The notes below the pieces were generated by a model, which was not told the DNA's origin, searched no databases, and worked only from the letters and a program-made list of their open reading frames with translations. Positions 1-6,831 of a stretch of DNA of 29,301 nt are shown here, one piece after another. How positions within the stretch are numbered: position 1 is the stretch's first letter; each line of letters starts with the position of its first letter. The position numbers were made by a program, and so were the translations under genes. Source of the stretch: a virus (lineage: Duplodnaviria; Caudoviricetes); IMG/VR virus record IMGVR_UViG_3300012346_000072, positions 1 to 29,301 of that record, one strand, 5' to 3'.

Positions 1-1
1 T

Positions 2-94
2 TCAGGTTGGGTAAACGAACGTGGTTTACTATTTGGGTTTTATGACGCATGTGAGCTAAAGCATGACGAGGAACTAAGATACGAAATATACTGA
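2..94 (+). CDS. 3' end of a hypothetical protein (truncated by window edge)
   Basis: Frame 2 open from the edge, SGWVNERGLLFGFYDACELKHDEELRYEIY, stop TGA 92-94, followed by the RBS of the next gene. Confidence 0.55.
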   Translation, partial: SGWVNERGLLFGFYDACELKHDEELRYEIY

Positions 95-114
95 ACTATA
101 ACTAAGGAGTAATC

Positions 115-318
115 ATGCAACAATTGACTAAAGAACAAGCTGCAATTATTGGATTGTTCACAGGTATTTCTTGTGGACCATTTAGTGATGTTCATGAGCT
201 TGCCGAAAAACTTTATGGTAAACCGATTTTTACGCATCAATTTGCAAATCATGCATTTTTTGATGAATTGAAAAATTTAGCTTATCCTATGTTTCTTGAG
301 ATTTGTAACAAAGGTTAA
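115..318 (+). CDS. hypothetical phage protein (67 aa)
   Basis: AAGGAG RBS just upstream of ATG; tightly packed with neighbours. Confidence 0.8.
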   Translation: MQQLTKEQAAIIGLFTGISCGPFSDVHELAEKLYGKPIFTHQFANHAFFDELKNLAYPMFLEICNKG

Positions 319-319
319 T

Positions 320-1138
320 ATGAAAAACCTACTGATTGGTTCTCGTGCATTAGAATACTGGAGTCCAGACTTTCAGTGCAAACCTAATGCTGATTGGGAC
401 ATTATTAGTGAACATCAGATTATTGATGAAACTAAACGCATTGAATGGCACAACTTTGATACAGTAGCTAACTATGATATCCAAAGTTATGCTTCCGATC
501 AATTCATTGAGATTGCAGGTCAACGTGTATACATCGTTAATCCGATTGGACTAGCGATTATTAAACGCAGTCATCTATGGCGTAACCTGAGCTTTCAAAA
601 GCACATTACGCACTATCATAAGCATTTGAAATTTTACAGTTTCATGTTTACAACTAAAGATAAAGAAGTCTTGAATAAACGCACAGCTTTGACAATGGCA
701 GCTTATCCACAAGGTCATCCTAGCTTGAAGAAAAGCGTAGAAGACTTCTTTGATGACTACGTTGAGAAGAAATACAATCATGATTATTTGCACGAACTTG
801 TTGCGTATCACGACAAACCGTTGTATACTCAGCTTCAACGCAATCCAAGTAGTGCATGGTGCGACAAAGATTTGTGGGACAAGCTATCAAATGATGATAA
901 AATCAAATGCGTAGCTGAAGAAGCACAAGTTATTGCAATCGAGCGTTTTCTTGTACCAAGTAACTGGAATTACGCACCACGACATGCTTATCTGAAAGCA
1001 CTTGATAAGGTATGTACTACATTGTGCAGTGGTTGGTTTAGAGATTTTGCGATAGATAATTATCCTGAAATCTTCAATTTATGTGATACAATGAAGTTTG
1101 ACAACATCAGAAAGGAACTAGAACATGGCACGAACTAA
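320..1138 (+). CDS. putative nucleotidyltransferase (Pol beta-like motif) phage protein
   Basis: ATG 320 follows AAAGG and the previous stop; N-terminal LLIGSRAL...ADWDII fits the hG[GS]x(n)Dh[DE]h NTase signature; C-terminal part has FFDD and HDYLH motifs of unknown role. Confidence 0.65.
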   Translation: MKNLLIGSRALEYWSPDFQCKPNADWDIISEHQIIDETKRIEWHNFDTVANYDIQSYASDQFIEIAGQRVYIVNPIGLAIIKRSHLWRNLSFQKHITHYHKHLKFYSFMFTTKDKEVLNKRTALTMAAYPQGHPSLKKSVEDFFDDYVEKKYNHDYLHELVAYHDKPLYTQLQRNPSSAWCDKDLWDKLSNDDKIKCVAEEAQVIAIERFLVPSNWNYAPRHAYLKALDKVCTTLCSGWFRDFAIDNYPEIFNLCDTMKFDNIRKELEHGTN

Positions 1139-1619
1139 AGCTGTAGCTGAACTTACAGTTGAAGAGCAGATCGCTCAGATTCGTAAAGAAGCTGCAGATA
1201 AAATCAAAGCTCTTGAAACATCATTACCTTGGGATAAGCGTTTTACAAATGCATTCAATAAATATATTAAAAGTAATAGAAATGATATCACAAGAGATTT
1301 AACTGGTTATAAACCAGATGACAATAGCATTGAGCATGATATCAATATTTATCTCAGTGAAGTCAATCTAAGTCTTAAGTATGATTCAGCTACATTTGAT
1401 AATGACTTATATCACAACAGCTCAAGTAGTATTGATGATAATGATCTAAGTGAATATCCGGTGTATACTGTGTTTGCTATTCTTGAAAATAAACAAGTTG
1501 TTGGACATGTTAAAATCAACTGTTTGTATTCATCGTATAACGGTAACGAATATAGTGGTTTTTCTTTTGTACAACCAAAACAAATTACTTGTAAAGTGTT
1601 TACCGCTCATAACCCTTGA
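1125..1619 (+). CDS. hypothetical protein, paralog of 1632..1976
   Basis: AAGGA RBS, overlaps NTase stop; C-terminus VKINCLYSSYNGNEYSGFSFVQPKQITCKVF aligns with the next gene. Confidence 0.8.
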   Translation: MARTKAVAELTVEEQIAQIRKEAADKIKALETSLPWDKRFTNAFNKYIKSNRNDITRDLTGYKPDDNSIEHDINIYLSEVNLSLKYDSATFDNDLYHNSSSSIDDNDLSEYPVYTVFAILENKQVVGHVKINCLYSSYNGNEYSGFSFVQPKQITCKVFTAHNP

Positions 1620-1631
1620 AAGGAACATAAT

Positions 1632-1976
1632 ATGTTAAAAGATAAAATTGTAGCTTTACTTGCAGAATCCGATGATGATGTAATCAGAGAATTCTTTTAT
1701 GGAGAAGTCAATGATAACATCACTTGGGATTCTTCCGAAATTACAGAGTTTCGTAAATTACTTTCTGATGCAGGTATTACTTTTCAATTCGTAGATCGTT
1801 ACGGTGGTGAAGATCAAGGTTCCGATTACTGGTCTGTCTACTCTTTCAGTGATGGTATGGAAGTTGTGTTTATTCAGTTCCAAGGTTGGTATTCTTCATA
1901 CGAAGGTTCTACCTACGAAGAATTCTATGAAGTAAAACCAGTAGAGAAAACTATTACAGTATTTGAAAAGAAATAA
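1632..1976 (+). CDS. hypothetical acidic protein (GGEDQGSDYW / YSSYEG motifs)
   Basis: AAAGGA RBS; C-terminus IQFQGWYSSYEGSTYEEFYEVKPVEKTITVF. Confidence 0.85.
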   Translation: MLKDKIVALLAESDDDVIREFFYGEVNDNITWDSSEITEFRKLLSDAGITFQFVDRYGGEDQGSDYWSVYSFSDGMEVVFIQFQGWYSSYEGSTYEEFYEVKPVEKTITVFEKK

Positions 1977-2052
1977 GCGACAGTAGCTCAGTGGTGAGAG
2001 CAGGGTTCTCATAAAGCCTTGGTCGGGAGTTCAATTCTCTCCTGTCGCACCA
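1977..2052 (+). tRNA. tRNA with CAT anticodon (elongator Met or Ile2/lysidine type)
   Basis: Cloverleaf: acceptor GCGACAG/CTGTCGC, D stem GCTC/GAGC, anticodon arm GGGTT-CTCATAA-AGCCT, T arm GGGAG-TTCAATT-CTCTC, discriminator A, encoded CCA. Confidence 0.95.
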
Positions 2053-2055
2053 AAT

Positions 2056-2146
2056 GGACATGATGTGTCAATTACCTGATGCTGGTATGAAACTTCCTAA
2101 TAGCATAGGAGGGAGAAGCGGGTTAGATTCCCGTTGTTGTCCACCA
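2056..2146 (+). ncRNA. non-canonical tRNA-like RNA ending in ACCA
   Basis: GGACA/TGTCC acceptor-like stem plus A-CCA, T arm GCGGG-TTAGATT-CCCGT, anticodon-position stem TCCTA/TAGGA with a 6-nt loop, enlarged D arm; starts 3 nt after the tRNA. Confidence 0.65.
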
Positions 2147-2165
2147 AAATAAAGTCAATTAACTA

Positions 2166-2194
2166 TTGACAAAGCATTTGCAGTTTGCTATAAT
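2166..2194 (+). promoter_or_regulatory. sigma70-type promoter, perfect consensus, upstream of the SSB gene
   Basis: TTGACA (2166-2171), 17 nt spacer, TG-n-TATAAT (-10 at 2189-2194). Confidence 0.9.
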
Positions 2195-2257
2195 TGCACT
2201 TCGGTTACTACTTCCGTTACAAGTAGAGTCTTTTATTAATAGTCGAAAGGAAATATT

Positions 2258-2899
2258 ATGCAAAAACTAACAGGTATGCTTCTCTATGTGTCACTAAACA
2301 AGCCCCAAAAAGCTTACGTTAAAGCAGGAGAGCCAGCAAAGCCAGATGAATGGAAAGCTTCTGTAGCAATTACAGATGAAGATATTCTAGATCAATACGA
2401 AGAGTTCGCTAAGAATATTGATGCTAAAACTTCAATCAAGAAAGTCAAGACTGCTGAATTTGAAGCAACTTATAAAGTAGCACCTCCAGAGGATGCAGGT
2501 AAAAACATTTGGGTAGTTACTCTGCGCAAGAGCACAGAGCTAGGTAAAACTGGTAAGCCTGTACCTGATCTATATAAGCCAAAGGTCTTTGAGAAAGTTG
2601 GTAAAGCTCTAGTGGATGTTACCAATAGTAAGTTACCTGCAAATGGTTCTTACGGTTCAATCAGTATTGATAAGTTTGAACGCACCAATGGTACTACTTC
2701 ACTGTACTTGAAGAACGTTCTGGTCACTGACATGATTGAATATGTACCAGATGAAACTGCTGCTTATGAAGCTGGTAGTGAGTTTGATGATGAACCAAAA
2801 GCAGAAGCTCCAAAAGCTGCTCCTAAAGCTGAAGCAAAGCCAAAAGCTCGTGCTAAGGTTGAAGTTGCTGCTGAAGATGAAGAAGATATTCCCTTCTAA
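2258..2899 (+). CDS. single-stranded DNA-binding protein (phage type)
   Basis: Ala/Pro/Lys linker and acidic C-terminal tail EDEEDIPF typical of SSBs; strong RBS AAAGGA; first gene of the replication block. Confidence 0.65.
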   Translation: MQKLTGMLLYVSLNKPQKAYVKAGEPAKPDEWKASVAITDEDILDQYEEFAKNIDAKTSIKKVKTAEFEATYKVAPPEDAGKNIWVVTLRKSTELGKTGKPVPDLYKPKVFEKVGKALVDVTNSKLPANGSYGSISIDKFERTNGTTSLYLKNVLVTDMIEYVPDETAAYEAGSEFDDEPKAEAPKAAPKAEAKPKARAKVEVAAEDEEDIPF

Positions 2900-2901
2900 T
2901 C

Positions 2902-3078
2902 ATGAAGTTAAAAACTAGAAATTCTGATTTATCTATTGAAAGAATTTCTAATGGTTATATCCTTACCCTGTGTGGTAGGGATAGCCAAGGAAATTATTTG
3001 ACAGATAAACTTTTCGTAGACGAACTAGCAGATGTAAATCTTGTTATTTCAGATTATTTTGAATTACCAGAGGATTAA
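2902..3078 (+). CDS. hypothetical protein (58 aa, below ORF-track cutoff)
   Basis: MKLKTRNSDLSIERISNGYILTLCGRDSQGNYLTDKLFVDELADVNLVISDYFELPED fills the gap between flanking genes. Confidence 0.7.
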   Translation: MKLKTRNSDLSIERISNGYILTLCGRDSQGNYLTDKLFVDELADVNLVISDYFELPED

Positions 3079-3081
3079 TTA

Positions 3082-3291
3082 ATGACTAAACAAACTACAG
3101 ATATCATCACAATCATCACATTGCTGGCATTTGCTGTACTACTAATTGTATTTGGACCACTTGCTATTATTTGGTCACTCAATACACTGTTTCCAGTACT
3201 TGCAATTCCATTTGGTTTCTATCAATGGGCAGCAGTAGTTCTATTGAACTTGACTGTATTCAGTAAAGCAATCATCAATAAAAAGGTATAA
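3082..3291 (+). CDS. small membrane protein
   Basis: GAGGA RBS; two long hydrophobic segments. Confidence 0.75.
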   Translation: MTKQTTDIITIITLLAFAVLLIVFGPLAIIWSLNTLFPVLAIPFGFYQWAAVVLLNLTVFSKAIINKKV

Positions 3292-3292
3292 T

Positions 3293-3511
3293 ATGAATCA
3301 GAAAGAAGCAATCTCAAAACTAGTTCGTATTTATACTCAAGAGCAATCACTCGCTGAAGAAGCTAAGGATATCAAAGATGAAGCTAAAGAATCAGGTCTT
3401 GATCCAGCAATCGTTAGTGCAGTAGCAAAAGCAATTGTTAAAAATAAGGTTGATGAACTAAAAGCTAAATCAGATGAAATTCTGAAAGCAATCGACATTA
3501 GCCGAAGCTAA
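3293..3511 (+). CDS. small helical dsDNA-binding protein (T4 DsbA / GapR-like)
   Basis: Pattern EEAKDIKDEAKESGLDPAIVSAV resembles the KDIxxEAKxxGxD helix-turn of those families. Confidence 0.55.
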   Translation: MNQKEAISKLVRIYTQEQSLAEEAKDIKDEAKESGLDPAIVSAVAKAIVKNKVDELKAKSDEILKAIDISRS

Positions 3512-3517
3512 TATTTT

Positions 3518-3550
3518 ACCCCGAGGCTAATACCCTTGGGGTTTTTCTTT
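3518..3550 (+). terminator. intrinsic terminator
   Basis: ACCCCGAGG-CTAATAC-CCTTGGGGT followed by TTTTCTTT. Confidence 0.85.
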
Positions 3551-3564
3551 AAGGAGAAGAGCCT

Positions 3565-4548
3565 ATGAGTAAAAGACTCTTGATCGTAGACGGTGATTTA
3601 GTAGCATATAAACATGCTGCTGCTGCTGAAACTCGAACGATTATTGCAAAGCATTTAAAGTCAGGTAGAGAGAAAGAATTTGGTACAAGAACTGAATTTA
3701 AGAAGTTTTTGACAGATAAAGATATTGAGTTTAAACCTGAAGCTTATGAAATTACAGATCATCAACATCCTATAGACATTTCATTCGCAATAAGTACTGT
3801 AAATAAAAGCATAGACGCATTACTTGAAAATACTTGGTGTGATGAACTTGAGATTTATATTGGGGGTGGTCAAACATTCAGACACAAGTTACCTTTACCT
3901 TCACCATATAAAGATAACAGAGATCAGTTAATTAAACCCGTGCATTTGACTGCAGTTAGAAATCATCTAAAACGCAAGTACAAAGCAAAGGTTGTTGAGA
4001 ACGGTATGGAAGTGGACGATGTAGTTACGATACGTGCTTATGAAGCCCTACAAAACGGTCAGGAAGCGGTCTTAGCAAGTGTAGATAAGGATAGCTACCA
4101 GTGTCAAGGAATCCACCTATTTAACTGGACTGATGAAGAACCTAAGATTCACCTGATACCAACGATTGGACATTTGCGTAAAGTTAAAAGTACAATCAAA
4201 GGTGATGGTTTAATCTTCTTAGCACTGCAAGTATTATCTGGTGATCTAGCGGATACATATAAACCTTATGAGTTATCCAAAGTAAGTTATGGTCCAGTTA
4301 AAGCAATGAAAGCTTTAGAAGGTTGCACAACTGAACAGGAGATTTTACGAAAAGTAATATCTGAGTTTAAACGCTTATATCCTGAACCTTTTAGTTACAC
4401 AGATTGTCATGGTGTACTACATGAAGAAGCTGATTGGTTTGATATGCTGCAGATGTACTGGAGTTGTGCATACATGAAACGCAGTTGGGATGATGTAAGT
4501 AGTTTTATGCAATTTGCAATGGAAAGAGGGGTCAATCCTTATGAGTGA
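3565..4548 (+). CDS. 5'-3' exonuclease (T7 gp6 / FEN-like)
   Basis: Motifs IVDGDLVAY, FR...YKDNR, EVDDVV, SVDKD, GDLADTY. Confidence 0.9.
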   Translation: MSKRLLIVDGDLVAYKHAAAAETRTIIAKHLKSGREKEFGTRTEFKKFLTDKDIEFKPEAYEITDHQHPIDISFAISTVNKSIDALLENTWCDELEIYIGGGQTFRHKLPLPSPYKDNRDQLIKPVHLTAVRNHLKRKYKAKVVENGMEVDDVVTIRAYEALQNGQEAVLASVDKDSYQCQGIHLFNWTDEEPKIHLIPTIGHLRKVKSTIKGDGLIFLALQVLSGDLADTYKPYELSKVSYGPVKAMKALEGCTTEQEILRKVISEFKRLYPEPFSYTDCHGVLHEEADWFDMLQMYWSCAYMKRSWDDVSSFMQFAMERGVNPYE

Positions 4549-4750
4549 AGAAATGCTAGTTTATCGTTTAAGAAAACGTGCAGAGATTCGCAGAAGTATT
4601 CAAAGTAGAAAATCAGTACAAGAAGGTAAACCAGATCGTATTGCAGATTTACTTGAAGAAGCTGCTGATGAAATTTACAGGTTGGAAAATCTACTTGATC
4701 AAAGCAATAATGAAATAGATCGGAGATTACAATTTAATGACTACGATTGA
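4541..4750 (+). CDS. hypothetical phage protein
   Basis: ATG 4541 after GAGGGG; LVYRLRKRAEIRR...DRIADLLEEAADEI, predicted helical. Confidence 0.75.
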   Translation: MSEEMLVYRLRKRAEIRRSIQSRKSVQEGKPDRIADLLEEAADEIYRLENLLDQSNNEIDRRLQFNDYD

Positions 4751-5249
4751 CCTATACAATACTGCTGACGTAAAGAAAGTACGTGAGCAGCTAATTAAAG
4801 AGCAAGATGGATTGTGTGCAATTACAGGGATACCTACTGCTAGTAATAATTTTGCACTAGATCACAAGCATGATGAGGAACAATTAGTTCGTGGTGCTGC
4901 TCATAAGCAAGCTAATGCTGCATTGGGTAAACTAGAGAATTTAGCGGTAAGATACTTGTATTGGTATCCAGAAGGTTTGTCGCAGTTTCTAAGAGTGTGC
5001 GCTGATTACATCGAAAGGGAGCCTGATCGCAGATGGAGACATCCCGGTTGGGTCAAGAAAGCTAATACTTCTTTTAATAAACTGAAAGAATCACACAAAG
5101 ATGTTGTGCTTGTAGCTTTAGGTCAAACTAAAGGTAAGAACTCTGCTGAACGCAAGAAGTTATTTCAAAAAGCAGTATTGACACGAGAGTTTACTTATGA
5201 TACAATTCGTGCTTTAATACTTGAAGTAAAGGAAAGACATGAAGATTAA
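4737..5249 (+). CDS. endonuclease VII-like Holliday junction resolvase
   Basis: QDGLCAITG...LDHKH...VRG.....NAALGKLEN matches the T4 endonuclease VII catalytic core. Confidence 0.8.
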   Translation: MTTIDLYNTADVKKVREQLIKEQDGLCAITGIPTASNNFALDHKHDEEQLVRGAAHKQANAALGKLENLAVRYLYWYPEGLSQFLRVCADYIEREPDRRWRHPGWVKKANTSFNKLKESHKDVVLVALGQTKGKNSAERKKLFQKAVLTREFTYDTIRALILEVKERHED

Positions 5250-5421
5250 AGTAATCAAATGCAGTGATGCACTTCTGTGGTACAATAAACGTATCGGTGA
5301 AGAGTTTGAAGTAAATTTTATTGAAGATAAAGCTTACTGGACAAGAGAAGGTGGTCAATTCAATGCTTTAAATTGGATTTACAAACATGATGCAACTGTA
5401 ACGGAAGGAAACGTAGAATGA
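5239..5421 (+). CDS. hypothetical protein (60 aa)
   Basis: AAGGA RBS; overlaps both neighbours. Confidence 0.75.
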   Translation: MKIKVIKCSDALLWYNKRIGEEFEVNFIEDKAYWTREGGQFNALNWIYKHDATVTEGNVE

Positions 5422-5621
5422 TGCGAGTTGAACATACTATTAAAATACTATTATCCAAAGATAATGAACTTGTATTAACAAAGGATCAAGCTGAAGAATT
5501 ACATACTGCACTAACAAATGCTTTAAATAAAACTTCAAGTTTGTATTATCAACCAAACCATCGTAGTAACAACAATATGTTATTCGCAGGTGCACCAATC
5601 GTAGCACAAGGAGCATTATGA
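5418..5621 (+). CDS. hypothetical protein (67 aa)
   Basis: ATGA overlaps at both ends; AAGGA RBS. Confidence 0.7.
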   Translation: MMRVEHTIKILLSKDNELVLTKDQAEELHTALTNALNKTSSLYYQPNHRSNNNMLFAGAPIVAQGAL

Positions 5622-6577
5622 AGCATTCAGATAAAATCGTAGAACAAGTCGTGAGAATGACAGGTGCTGGTATGAGTAGCCGATATGTTGCAGAAGAACT
5701 AGGTATTGGTAAATCTACTGTCAATGATATTTGGAATCGTTGGATTGCTGATCCTAAACCATTCTATAATACAGATGAAGTAGCATTTAAGCAAAAAGAA
5801 GGTCCAAAGATTTTAGTATTCGATACTGAAACTGCAGCAGCTACTGCACTTACATTCGGTCGATTTAAAGTTAACTTATCGCAAGATAACATTCTAGATA
5901 ACGGTGGTTGGATTTTATGTGCTTGCTGGCGCTGGTTAGGTAGTAACAATACACATAGTATTTATCTTACACCAGAAGAAGTACTACTAAAAGATGACTC
6001 TCGTATCATTGCAAAGTTATTTGAATTGTATGAAGAAGCAGATGCTGTACTTGCACACAATTCATTAGGTTTTGATCACAAGGTAGTTCAGGCACGAGCA
6101 ATCTTTAATGGCTTTCCTCCATTGCCACAAGTTAAAGTACTAGATACTCTACAACTGGTAAAGAAGTATTTAAAACTGCCAAGTAATCGTTTGGATGCAA
6201 TCGGTGAATTCTTCGGTCTAGGTCGCAAAGTAAGCACTGGTGGTATTTCACTGTGGCGTAAAGTACAAGAAGGTGACGAACAAGCAATGAAAGACATGGT
6301 TACTTATTGCTTACAGGACGTTGATCTACTCTATGATGTTTATCTACGTACTCGTCAATTAGGTCGTGCAGGTTCTGACTTCAATGCAGCTTTGTATTAC
6401 AATGATGACTTAGTTCGTTGTCGTGTATGCGGTAGTTCAGAAGTTCAAGCTACAGGTCGCACAACAGAAACAGGATTGAATGTCTTTGATGAAATGCGTT
6501 GTAATGAATGCGGTGCTGTACATCGGCATCGAACGCCGAAGACTACAAAAGAAAAGCGTAAAAGCTTGCTGATGTAA
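5618..6577 (+). CDS. RNase H-like (DEDDy) 3'-5' exonuclease with N-terminal HTH and C-terminal zinc ribbon
   Basis: HTH SSRYVAEELGIGKSTVNDI; ExoI FDTET, ExoII HNSLGFD, ExoIII YCLQD; CRVC...CNEC. Confidence 0.85.
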   Translation: MKHSDKIVEQVVRMTGAGMSSRYVAEELGIGKSTVNDIWNRWIADPKPFYNTDEVAFKQKEGPKILVFDTETAAATALTFGRFKVNLSQDNILDNGGWILCACWRWLGSNNTHSIYLTPEEVLLKDDSRIIAKLFELYEEADAVLAHNSLGFDHKVVQARAIFNGFPPLPQVKVLDTLQLVKKYLKLPSNRLDAIGEFFGLGRKVSTGGISLWRKVQEGDEQAMKDMVTYCLQDVDLLYDVYLRTRQLGRAGSDFNAALYYNDDLVRCRVCGSSEVQATGRTTETGLNVFDEMRCNECGAVHRHRTPKTTKEKRKSLLM

Positions 6578-6594
6578 CAAACTTGTGCTATACT
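6566..6594 (+). promoter_or_regulatory. sigma70-type promoter
   Basis: TTGCTG, 17 nt spacer, TG-n-TATACT. Confidence 0.6.
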
Positions 6595-6617
6595 AGCACT
6601 TACAATTTGAGTTCATA

Positions 6618-6646
6618 CCCCGGTTAACAGCCGGGGATTTTTTCTT
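6618..6646 (+). terminator. intrinsic terminator
   Basis: CCCCGGTT-AAC-AGCCGGGG followed by ATTTTTTCTT. Confidence 0.85.
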
Positions 6647-6660
6647 AGTAAAGGAGTCAT

Positions 6661-6831
6661 ATGTCTAAACCTTGGGTAAAATGGTGTGTTGATCACAACA
6701 TGAAGTTTGTTCTGTATCTTTTTTGGTTGATAATTCTTCCATTATTTCTGCTGGCGTATCTAGAAAATGCAGCAGAAGATGCAATTCATGAACTAAACTG
6801 GATCAAAAACTTAAAGAAAGGTAATCTATGA
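6661..6831 (+). CDS. small membrane protein (56 aa, below ORF-track cutoff)
   Basis: AAGGAG RBS; MSKPWVKWCVDHNMKFVLYLFWLIILPLFLLAYLE...; ATGA overlap with next gene. Confidence 0.75.
   Translation: MSKPWVKWCVDHNMKFVLYLFWLIILPLFLLAYLENAAEDAIHELNWIKNLKKGNL

Noticed and set aside
1125-1139. N-terminus MARTK identical to the start of histone H3
   Set aside because: Five residues only, in a bacterial virus; most likely coincidence
2056-2146. Selenocysteine tRNA or tmRNA
   Set aside because: No TCA anticodon or long variable arm; far too short for tmRNA and no tag ORF
2736-2918. Overlapping ORF rich in Leu/Lys at the end of ssb (also 1450..1638)
   Set aside because: Alternative-frame reading of repetitive GCT/GAA/AAA codons; no RBS
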